Assembly (NCBI RefSeq): GCF_963921235.1
Contig: NC_086107.1
Location: forward strand, 102,860,001-102,924,000
Direction of reading: 5' to 3'
DNA length: 64,000 nt
From: Mobula hypostoma
Taxonomy: Eukaryota
Part shown: positions 52,801 through 63,575 of the stretch, piece by piece
How positions within the stretch are numbered: the first letter of the stretch is position 1
How the letters are laid out: every line of letters begins with the position of its first letter
Notes under the pieces: model-generated
The model's database searches: none
What the model was told of the DNA's origin: nothing
Seen by the model: only the letters and a program-made list of their open reading frames with translations
Translations under genes and position numbers: made by a program

Positions 52801-54339
52801 AAATCTTCACCCGCCTTTCTGGCACTGTATTTCAGAGTGTGACATTTAAAACTAAAAAGCTCCTCCTATTTGCATATTTTACAATATTGGTGTCCCTGAT
52901 GATTAAATCTGTTAGTGAAAACCGTTTCTCCTCAACAAGAATGGAAATTTTTCAAGTTATAAAACTCCCGTTAACCAAATTCAATGAGAAGGATGCGTCT
53001 TAGTCGAAGGCCCAATGCCTGTGATTCCACTGGAAACTAGAGATAGCTTGAATTGGTGTTAGTGTGCGCGCGCAGGTGGACAGGAAAAAGGGAAGGGACT
53101 TGTTTTGCTGATCGTCTGTTGCATGTTCTGCGAACATGGTGGACAATCTGTGTTGGTGTCGGAACATGTGGCAACACTTGCAGGATGCGCCATCACATCC
53201 TTAGATTGTGATGTTTGCTAACACAAACACTGCATTTCACTGAATGTTTCGATGTTCATGTGATAGATAAATGAATAAGAATGATCCACCATCACAGAAA
53301 CACAGGCACAGATGTGTTATGATATTACTCAAATCCAAAACCATTCTAGTAGATATCCTCCTACAGCCTTCAAGACTTTTCTTAAAATCTTGTATCCCAT
53401 ACTCCAAATTACAGGCATAATTCCTTTGATTTGGCAATTTATGAAGCTAATGGTTGGCATGTTCCTTAAGGGAATAAAAAAATGCCCGTCATGGATGCTC
53501 ATCTCCTGATTCTGCCCCAGCATATCCTTCAATTTCTATTGTTGATCCTCCTCCTTTCTTCACACTTCAGATCTAGTCTGACACTTTCATTCTGCCCATC
53601 CCAGTAGTCTGTTGATATAATTAGTCATTTTTGTTAGGTTAATTAAAATGTGCCAAAGCATATTCAAAATTAGCTTGTGGTCCAACGCAAAGATCAGCTG
53701 CTCACGACAATATAAGGAGACAGGAAAGGACCATTTGAAATTGGACTTTCTTTAGTACAGACAAATATCCCAAGGTATCAACACCAAAATACATTAGAAG
53801 AGGCAAGATTTCTGCAGTTAGAAAGGGAAAGAAATATGTTTGGGTTAGATCTCTGGAGGTTCAGACTTTAGAACGATAACAATGCCAACGACTAATTTAT
53901 TTTCTGAATAATTGCAGAAATATGCAGTACTTTATTATCACCATATGCAAAAGTCAAAAGGATGTAATGAATTCTGCTCGGGTTTCTGAAATCCGAAACG
54001 CCAAGTCTTATTCCCATAACAAAAATCTAACATCTGCAGTTTGATGACGATTCCGCCTTGAGGTAAACTCGAAAGATCTACAGTAACAATCACCAATTTA
54101 TTTTATCCGATAATAAAAATATGCACTTGAGCAGCTCAAAGTCGCTGCATGAAAATTATGATACGGCAAACATTCGATGCGAATGAGAGTCTCAGGGTTG
54201 ACCCAATTTTCCTAGCACTTTTTTTTTGGTCAACACAAACATTTTGCTATCCAGCTGTGTTGGGCGTCTCTTTAAAAATACTAAATAGCCAAGCATGCCA
54301 AATAAGGAGTCCTCAAGGCTTAGAACAACACTGCAAGGC

Positions 54340-54500
54340 TGGTCCCCCGTTCGCGCTGCAACATCGGATCTGTAGTTCCATTGACTGCGTCCGCGCTGGC
54401 GCCACCAGTACGGCAGAACTACAGTTCCCAGAGCGCACCAGGCGCGGCGAGCATGCGCACTACCCAACCCGAAAGACTGCAGCGCAGGCGCCCTCGAACT
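54340..54500. promoter_or_regulatory. Second CpG-rich promoter-like cluster with ZNF143/THAP11-type and NRF1-like motifs
   Basis: AACTACAGTTCCCAGAGCGCA at about 54417-54437 fits ACTACAnnTCCCAG. An inverted GGATCTGTAGTT lies at about 54366-54377 and GCATGCGCA at about 54451-54459. CpG density is high. Confidence 0.65.
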
Positions 54501-55459
54501 CCCTCCTCCCTCTCTTGCTCAATATTAAATGTCCCTGAGCCCATCCCCCTCTTTTCACAAATTCCATTAAAACCAAACCGGACCGAAAGGGGCAAAATAC
54601 TCAGGTCGTCTCTCCGTGGCGAATATATTTTTTACTTTCACCAATCGATCACCAAGGTTATTACTATAATATAAAAAGGTACAGTTACTAAGACAGGGGA
54701 AAAAAAGGCTCAACTTAAGAGGTTCCAGCCCAAGGACTTTAACCTTCCGAATCCCCCCAAACCTGATCTTATTCCAGGACTAGCAGCATATCATTTAAAG
54801 AAAAAAACATCCCAGCAATTAGATGCAACATTTACAACCTTCAGCACTACTCCCTTTATTTTAGTAAATAAAACGCACGATCCACGAGAGAGATGAGGGC
54901 TTTTTTTTTAATCCACGATCTGAAAAAAAATCGACATCTCGACTTGGCAGTGAAATTAGTGACTGAACACGTCAACAACCGACTGTCTGCAGGCTTTAAA
55001 AGAAAAAAAAGTACATTATTTCATAAACACCCTCACACACAAAAAAATCGATAGATCTTTATACAGCACGGCCTATTTTCTTTAACTTGAAAGATTAGAT
55101 GCAAACGTACCTCAGAAATCCGAACCCATTTGGTTATTATGGAAATCTATGGATGGAAAATGGAGTTTATGCTGAAGCAGAGAGGGGAAAAACTACAGTT
55201 TAGGCTCGAAATTTCTCCTCAATCGTTGAAAAAAAATACAAAGCCTATCTTTTTTATATAAAACGTAAAGAAAAAAGCCAGAAATGATGCAGGTGATTTA
55301 AAGTGGAGGAGTTGGAAATTGACAATAGAGGAGGGGGGGTTAAAAGAGGGATTAATGGAGGGAGTGAGACTGTGTCCCCACTTGGGCTGAATTCAGGTAT
55401 TATAATATTAGAGACACGGGCTTTCGATAGGCTGACGTATGGAAGTGGAGAAGGCTTAC

Positions 55460-55880
55460 TTGTGGTGCCGGGAGCGGGCTGGCCTCGGGTCGGTCCGGGT
55501 CCGGGTCCGGGTGCAGGTCCGGTTCCGCCGCCGCCTCTCAGCCCGAGCTGCCGCTGCCCAAACTTTAGCCCCAGCTCCCGGCGCACTTATATCACTTCAC
55601 ATCCCCACGGTCAGCTGCCCCGCCGGATCTACTTTCCCAATATAAGGAAAACACACGGCGTGTCGTTTACCACTCAGCCCCTCATTGGACTCCTCTCCCG
55701 TGTCTCGTTATATCGCAAGCGTCGCACCGCTTCGTTTTTTTCCTGCGTTTTCCAAATTTTCTTTGTCAGAATGGTGAGGTTTTTCTCCCGTCTTATTTTT
55801 TTCACGTCGGAAGGAGGCGTACGCAGAACGTCAGGGGCGCGACGCGGCTGCCGTCCTTCTCGATACTAAAAATAAAGCGG
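55460..55880 (-). other. TOB2: Probable non-coding exon 1 of TOB2 (5' boundary uncertain, could be as short as about 55560-55460)
   Basis: CpG-rich segment ending in a strong donor CAA|GTAAGC (intron starts 55459). Mammalian TOB2 has a non-coding first exon plus one coding exon. Implied intron is 36033-55459. Confidence 0.65.
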
Positions 55881-55894
55881 CGTGCTAGCAACTC

Positions 55895-55995
55895 GGCTCT
55901 GATTGGTTGCTGCCTGAGAAATGACTACTTCTGATTGGTAGGATGCATTGACCAATTGGTTACCGCGTAACTGACGTCACAATCACGTCAGCAAG
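55895..55995 (-). promoter_or_regulatory. TOB2: TOB2 proximal promoter cluster: CCAAT boxes and CRE sites at the CpG-island edge
   Basis: ATTGG at 55902-55906 and 55934-55938 (32 bp apart), palindromic CCAATTGG 55952-55959, perfect CRE TGACGTCA 55972-55979, CRE-like TCACGTCA 55983-55990. Confidence 0.75.
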
Positions 55996-56157
55996 AAAGC
56001 CTTGCATTTATATATCACCTTCCACATCCTTGGGACATTCAAAGTAACTTGCATTTACATATCAACAGGAATTCTGCAGATGCTGGAAATTCAAGCAACA
56101 TACATCAAAGTTGCTGGTGAACGCAGCAGGCCAAGCAGCATCTATAGGAAGAGGTAC

Positions 56158-56193
56158 AGTCGACGTTTCAGGCCGAGACCCTTCGTCAGGACT
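56158..56193 (-). ncRNA. Minimal hammerhead ribozyme
   Basis: Reverse complement is identical to the 7349-7384 motif. Confidence 0.75.
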
Positions 56194-56211
56194 AACTGAA
56201 GGAAATTAGTT

Positions 56212-56247
56212 AGTCCTGACGAAGGGTCTCGGCCTGAAACGTCGACT
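56212..56247 (+). ncRNA. Minimal hammerhead ribozyme
   Basis: Identical to the 7349-7384 motif; predicted cleavage after 56243. Confidence 0.75.
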
Positions 56248-57929
56248 GTACCTCTTCATATAGATGCTGCTTGGCCTGCTGCGTTCACCAGCAACTTTGA
56301 TGTATGTTGCTTGCATTTACATATCATGTTTTGCATCTTCACAGTATCGCACACACTCTAATCAGAAACTAGAATAGAAATAAGCTGCCTGGGCCTACTC
56401 TGCCAATCCACATGTGCAGTCAGTTTTCTTTTACTTATTTGGAGATTTATAAGGCATAAGCCCTTCCAAGCCATGCCCCCCAGCAACCCATCGATGTTAA
56501 CCCTAGCCTAATCACAGGACAATTTACAATGACCAATTAAACTACTAACTGGAGCTTCTGTAGGAAACCCACGTGGACACGGGAAGGACATACAAACTTG
56601 CTTACAGAGGACGTCAGAATTGAACTCTGAACTCTGACATCCTGAATTGTAATAGCGGTTGCTAAACACTGCACTACCCTGATCTGTAAACTGCAAACAC
56701 TACTTTTAAGTCATAGCCTCACATTTATTGATACCATTAATATCCAGATATCTATCAAGTTCGGTTCTGAATGAAACCAATAACTGACCCTTCACAACCC
56801 TCAAGGTAGAGGATTCCAAAGGTACATTACTTGAGTGAAGAATTTTTTTCACATGACATTACCACATATTCTGAGGCTGTCTCTTCCTTGTTCTAAATTC
56901 CTTAACCAAGTGAAAGACCTAACTTGTCAAGCCATATAAGAATGTTGTCTATTTGAGAGAAGTCACATCTCATTCTTCTAAATGCTGAAGATTAAGGGGC
57001 CTGGCCAATCTTGCCTTCATGGGAACCATTTTAATGAAACTTTACTGCTCTTAAATAATTCAAAGTACATTTATTATCAAATAATGTGTAAATTATACAA
57101 CCTTGAGATTTGTCTGCTAACAGGCAGCCACAAAGCAAGAAACCCGAGAGAACCCAATTTAAAAAAGACCAACCCCCCAATTTGCAAAGAGAAACAGAAA
57201 AAAACACAAATCATGCAAACAATAAAAACAAGCAAAAGCATTCCGAGCTAAATTGAGACCATAAACCAGGAACAGCTGGAGCTGGCCCATAGCCTCGGTC
57301 TCACTCTGTTTATAGCAAAAAAGGAGATCAGAATTGTTTAACTAAGGGCCTTTGTAATTGCAATTAGACTTCCTGACTCTCATACTCAAATCCTCTTACA
57401 ATGAAGTGCCATCTGTGATTTACCTTCCTCATTTCCTGCTTCACCTGCAAGTCACCCTTTCAGTAAATTGTGTACAAGAATGTCCGGGTTGCTTTGAACA
57501 TCTCCATTTCTCAGCCTTTTGCCATCTAAAAAAAATACCCAGCTTTTAAGTTTTTCTACCAAGTGGGGCATAATTTCAATGTTGTGTTCCACGTGTCATG
57601 CACTCAACTGATGCCTCTTTCCTTTCTTATCATCTGCTCATATTATCTAATTCACTCATAGTTTTATGTCATAGGTTGCATTGATATCCTTTGGCCTCCA
57701 ACTTAGGAATGAACTCTTTCTAGTCTATCAGATGACAATACTCACAATTCCACATCTTCTAACCTTTTCTCGCCAACCTCCTGGGAGGACCATTGTTGAA
57801 AGTCTCCTGAAAATCCAAACACCTCACATGGATGGCCTCTCTCAAAAATCTCTTCAGAGGGAATAGTGGGAGACTTTCAAAGAGATGCTTTCGCGCTGCC
57901 CAACAGAGTATACTCCAGCTAAAGACTAG

Positions 57930-60680
57930 GACAGTGAGGGTAGAGAGTCAGCCTCAGGGGTTTGTATTGGGCCTGCAACCGTTCACGATTTACATGGATG
58001 ATTTGGAAGGAGGCACTGGATGTGGTGCATCTACTGTGGTTTTGCTGAGGATGTGGAGAATCTGCAGAGAGATATAGATGGGTTAAGTGAGTGCACAGAG
58101 GAATAAAGGAAGGTATCAAACGAAAAGCCCATGCATACTATGTCATCAAGAGTAATGGGAAACTGAAAGATTTGAAGACTTTTAAAGGCAACAAAGAACC
58201 ACAAAACAATAAAGAGAGGGAAGATGGATTAATAAAGTAAGCTAGCACAAAATATAAAAATAGATAAGAAAGGTTTTAATAATTGTATGAAGCAGAAGGT
58301 GGTGCCTCGAGTGAACAAAGATCCTTTGGAGGATGATAAGGCAGAATTAATATTGGGCAATATGAAAACAGCCAAGAATTTGAATGATTATTTTCTGTTT
58401 GTCTTCATGGTGAAGGAGATGCCTAATGTGCTGAAGACAGATGTTATGGAAGTGATGGTGTCCTTGATACAACTGCTGTCACTGAAGTGTTAGTACTGAG
58501 CAAAACAGCAGTCCTGATGGAATGCTTCCCAGCGATTTGAAAGTGATGGCAGAAGTTAAAGTTGCCAACATTCTCAGGATTCTGGTCAGGCCCTGGCAGA
58601 TTGGAAGACAATGAAAGTCACATCACGCTTAGAAAAAGGATGCAGGCAAAATGTAGGTAACTACAGGCCAGTTAGCTTAACGTCTGAAGTTGGGAAAGTG
58701 CCTGAAGCGATCATTAAGGAAGAAATAATGAAACATCAGGATGGAAGTCATTCAAACAGGCAGGTGCAGTGTGAATTCAGGAAGAGCAGGTCCTGTTTGC
58801 TAAATTTACGTAGTTCTTTGAAGATGTACTGAGCAGAGTGGATAGAGAGAAACAGGTGGATATTGTATACTTGGATCTTCAGAAAGCGTTTGATAAGGTG
58901 CCACATAAAAGATTTATCCATAAGACTGGGATGCATGGAATTCTGGGTAATGTATTAGCATGGACAGAGAATTGGTTAACTAATAGAAGGCAGAGAGTTG
59001 GGATAAATGTTCCTCCTGTTGGCAATCAGTGGAGAGTGGGATGCCTCAGGGGTTGGTATTGGACCCACAACAATTTACAATATTAATGATTTGGAAGAAT
59101 AGAAACAGAAAACCTACAGCACAATACAAGCTCTTTGGCCCACAATGCTGTGCCGAACGCATACTTACTTTAGAAATTACCTAGGGTTATCCATAGCCCT
59201 CTATTTTTCTGAGCTCCATGTACTTGTCCAGGAGTCTCTTAAAAGAACCTATTGTATCCGCCTCCATCACAGTCACCGGCAGCCGATTCCACGCACTCAC
59301 CACTCTCTGCGTAAAAAACTTACCCCTGACATCTCCTCTGTACCTACTTCCAAGCACCTTAAAACTGTGCCCTCTCGTGTTAGCCATTCCAGCCCTGGGA
59401 AAAAGCCTCTGACTATCCACACGATCAATGCTTCTCATCATCTTATACACCTCTATCAGGTCACCTCTCATCCTCCATTGCTCCAAGGAGAAAAGGCCGA
59501 GTTCACTCAACCTATTCTTGTAGGCATGCTCCCCAGTCCAGGCAACATCCTTGTAAATCTCCTCTGCACCCTTTCTATAGTTTCCACATTCTTCCTGTGG
59601 TGAGGTGACCAGAACTGAGCACAGTACTCCAAGTGGGATCTGACCAGGGTCCTATATAGCAATATAGCTGTAACATTACCAGAGGGGTCTGACCAGGGTC
59701 CTATATAGCTGTAACATTACCATGTATGTGTAGTGTATCTTCTGTAAGTTTGCTCATGAAGCTAAGTTGAATGGAAAAAAAAATTGTGCAGAGGATGAGG
59801 AGAACCTGCAGAGAGATATAGATAGGTTAAGTGAGTGGACAAGGGTCTGGCAGATGAAATACAAAGTTGGTAAATGCAAAGTCATCCACTTTGGAAGGAA
59901 AAATAGAAAGTCAGACTATTATTTAAATTATGAAAGATTGCAGCATGATATTATGCAGAGGGACTTGGGAATGCTAGTACATGAATTGCAAAAGGTTGGT
60001 TTGCACGTACAACAGGCTATCAAAAGGGCCAATGGAATGTTGGCTTTCATTGCTAGAGGGATTAAATTTTAGAGCAGGGAGGTTATGCTGCGACTGTACA
60101 AGATCCTGATAGGGCCACACCTGGAGTACTGTGCGCAGTTCTGATTTCCTTACTTGGGAAAAGATATACTAACTTTGAAGGCAGTGCAGAGGAGGTTCAC
60201 CAGATTGATTCTGGATATGAAGGGGTTAGCCTATGAGGGCAGGGTGAGTCATCTGGGAATATAATCATGGGAATTCAGAATAATAAGAGAGGACCTTACA
60301 GAAATAGATACAATTAACAAAAGGATAGATAAGATGGAGCAGGAAAGTTTATCCGTTGGTAGATAAGACTGGAACTATGGATCATAACCTAAAAATCCGG
60401 GGGGGGCGGTTAGATTTAGGATGGAGGTGAGGAGCTTTTCAGAAAGAGCATCTAATCTGTGGAATTCACTGCCCAGGGGAGCAGTAGAGTCTCCCCCACA
60501 CCCCCCCAAATATAATTAAGATGCAGTTAAATAGATTTTTACATAGCAGAGGAACTAATGGGTGATTGGGGAAAAGGCAGGTAGGTAGAGTTGAGTCCAC
60601 AGTCCATCAGCCAAGATCTTATTAAATGGTGGAGCAGACCAACTCAAGATAGCCGTCTCCTGCTCCTGTTTCTTATGTTC
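57930..60680 (+). mobile_element. Degenerate CR1 LINE(s), interrupted by a younger CR1
   Basis: GNYRPVSLTSEVGK (58611-58832), VDIVYLDLQKAFDKVPH (58838-59086), LQRDIDRLSEW...HFGRKN (59767-60072). Confidence 0.85.
59100..59722 (-). mobile_element. CR1 3' fragment nested in opposite orientation
   Basis: ORF 59187-59510 (MRGDLIEVYKMM..TRGHSFKV..FFTQRVV); local duplication at its 5' junction (about 59640-59722). Confidence 0.88.
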
Positions 60681-60814
60681 TCAACTTCACTACTGGATAA
60701 AGCATCAAAGAACTCCAATAGATGAGTCAAAAACAATTTCCCTTCCATGTTGAATCTGCTCAATCATGCTAACATTTTCTAAGTGTTTTGATGGCTCAGC
60801 TTTAATTATAGATA

Positions 60815-61220
60815 CCTTACTCGCTTCTGCCTGTTATGCCACTGGCGTTTAGGGCAGCAATGAAGATCTCCATCTCTGGTGGTGCTCAGGGTTTTCTCTG
60901 GGTTTTCACTACTGTCAGTCATGCAGGTCCCGGGTGGAGACTCAGGAATACCGTCGCACTCAGATGTAGAAGGATTCTTCATTGCTGTTCCCTAACAATT
61001 CTGTTTGACCAGTCAGGCTTGTCAGCCCTGAGCTGAACCCCCAAACCTGGAGGACTGGTGGGCCACTCTTAGTCTGGCCTCTGACCTTTGACCTATTGGG
61101 CATGGATGACCCTACCAAGGGCAAAAGCATAAAGCCCGGATTCCAGCCGACATAGCTCTCTGGGTCATTGAGAATCGCAAGTTTCCAAACCACAACAAGG
61201 TTGTGGTCCTCTTGGAGGGA
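60815..61220 (-). mobile_element. RTE-related non-autonomous element, copy 1
   Basis: Reverse complement matches 62563-62945. The 5' part (CCACAACCTTGTTGTGG..CAATGACCC..CTTGGTAGGGTCA) resembles fish RTE/Expander 5' UTRs. Confidence 0.6.
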
Positions 61221-62562
61221 TTATGGATACCAGCACATTGAAAACAGGAGCAGGGGTAGGCCACAAGGCCCCTGCTCCACCATAATATGATCATGGCTGA
61301 TCAATGCTGGCCTCACCTCCTCTTCTGTATCCATTCCCTACAGACCTCGATCTTTCAAATATTTATCTCTCTCCACTCTAAATCTATCCAAGGGCAGAGA
61401 ATTCCAGAGATTCACCCTCTTTTCAGAGAATAAATGTCTCAATTTTAAATGACCAGCTCCTTATCTAGCAATTGAGCCCGTTTGTTTGCGGCGCTCCCTG
61501 CTTTGGATATCAGGCCACAAGATCAATAGTTTCTTTTTCAGCAGATCGAACACAGGAGCAATAGCAGGCCACAAAGCCTGTCAGGCCTGCCCAGCCTTTC
61601 AATATGATTAGGTCAGATCAGTGCTGGTCTCAGCTCCCCTTCTCTATCAGATCACCATAACCTTCAATTCCTCAATCTTTCAAATATTTACCTTTCTCCA
61701 CTTTTATTCTATCCAAGGGCAGATTTTTCTCTCTCTCTCTCTCCTTTTTAAATAGTGGGGTCATATTTACTACCCCCCAATCTGCAGGAACCATATCAGA
61801 ATTCTGGAATGAGATAGATAAAATACTTATAACTTAACCTAGCCATTTGTTTTAAAAAAAACTACTGGGATATAGATAGTAATACCTTTGTGATTTATTG
61901 GCTTACAGACTTGCAAGTAGTGGGTACAGGCCAGTCCATCATGGGTAAAGCAACACCCCCACCATTGAGCACATCTACATGAAACATTGTCACAGGAAAG
62001 CAGGGACCCCCACGACCCAGGACATGCTCTCTTCTCACTCCTGTCATCAACAGCCTGAGGGCTCACCCCACCAGGTTCATGAACAGTTACTACCCATCAG
62101 CCACCAGGCTCTTGAACAAAGGAGATAACTTCACTCAACTTCCCTTGCCCCACCGTTGAAATGTTCTCACAACCAATGGACTCACTTTCAAAGACTCGTC
62201 ATCTCATGCTCTCAATATTTATTGCTTATTTATTTATATTGTTGTTTCTTCTTTTTGCATTTGCTCAATTTTGTTGTCTTCTGTATTCTGGTTGAACGCC
62301 TTAGTTGGACGGTTTTTCATTGAATCTGTTATAGTTACTATTCTATAGATGTGTCAAGTACATCCACAGGAAAATTAATTTCAGGGTTGTATATGTCACA
62401 TATATGCACTTTGATAATAAATTTACTTTGTACTTTGAACTTCATTAGTTTCTCTCACAATATTCCTTTAGTGGTGCTAATTTCTTTTACTTTCTTCTTT
62501 ACCCTGAACCATTGGTCCTTCTGTACTTCTGGGACTATGTTATGACTTCCGTGAATACAGTC

Positions 62563-62945
62563 CTCCAAGAGGACCTCAATGACCCGGAGAGCTGTTGGCT
62601 GGAGTCAGGGCCTTGTGCTTTGGCTCTTGGTAGGGTCACCCATGCCAAACAAGTCAAAGGGTGACAGACTGACAGTAGTCCACTGGTCATCCGGGTTCGG
62701 AGGTCCAACTCAGGGCTACCAACCCCAACTGCTCAAACAAAATTGTTCTGGGAACAGTAATGGGGAATTGTTCTGCATCTGAGTGTGACGGTATTCCTGA
62801 GTCTCCACCTGGGACTTGCATGACTGACAGTAGTGAAAACCGAGATGAAGCTGACACAATGAAGGAAGCCCTGAATACTGCCAGAGATGGACGATCTTCA
62901 CTGCTGCCTGAAACGCCAGCAGTGTAACAGGCAGCAGAGTGAGTA
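62563..62945 (+). mobile_element. RTE-related non-autonomous element, copy 2
   Basis: Inverted homologue of 60815-61220. Confidence 0.6.
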
Positions 62946-63229
62946 CAGTAACAAAGTGTGAGCTTAGCCCCTCACTCACTCACTTCCCATTATAAATTCT
63001 CCAGTCTCTGCCTGCAAGAAGCCCACATTTACCCTGCATTTTCTTCTCCCCCTTTTTACTTAACTATAGGAGCCCCAATAAACTTTTTTATGTTTCTCAT
63101 TAATTGTATTGTAATACAACGCTTGTTAAATTATGGACTATCTGTCCGATTTCTGGACCATTTATTCAAAGAGTTGAGATTGAATCCCACTCTGGCAGTT
63201 GGGGAGTCTCAATTCAAGTAATTAATTTA

Positions 63230-63575
63230 AACCAACTTTCATTTATATATCAACTTCCACATCCTCGGGGCATCCCAAGCAATTGCATTTCTCTATAACC
63301 TTCCACATCCTCAGGATATCCCAAGTACTCTGCATTTATATATCTCCTTTCTCAGCCTCGGGATGTTTCAAGCAACTTGGATTTACAGTACATATCCTCT
63401 ATCACTTCATCAGGGTGTCCCAAATAACTTGCATTTATTTATCACCTTTCACAACCTTAGGATTGCCCAGCAACTTACTTTTATACGTCACCTTTTTTAA
63501 CATGAGGATTGTAACACCTTGCATTCATATATCACCTTCCACATCCTTGGGCTATCCCAGGCAACTTGTATTTAA
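63230..63575. repeat. Degenerate about 43-bp tandem array resembling an L2/Deu-SINE 3' tail (reverse strand)
   Basis: About 8 copies of ACTTGCATTTATATATCACCTTCCACATCCTCGGG..CCCAAG; the same unit occurs at 56000-56064 and 56310-56345. Confidence 0.65.

Larger units (their letters stand above)
56065..56309. mobile_element. Penelope-like fold-back insertion next to the TOB2 promoter
   Basis: Inverted arms 56092-56197 and 56208-56313 (106 bp, 1 mismatch, 10-nt spacer). Perfect direct repeat CTTGCATTTACATATCA at 56048-56064 and 56310-56326. Confidence 0.85.

Noticed and set aside
55254..55869. 188-aa (+) and 110-aa (-) ORFs in the CpG island
   Set aside because: GC-rich open frames with GPGPGP from a (CCGGGT)n run and no recognisable homology.
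56092..56313. pre-miRNA or classical DNA-transposon MITE
   Set aside because: The arms are Penelope-like terminal sequence, the ends are asymmetric and the TSD is long and variable, which fits retrotransposition better. Small-RNA production is not excluded.
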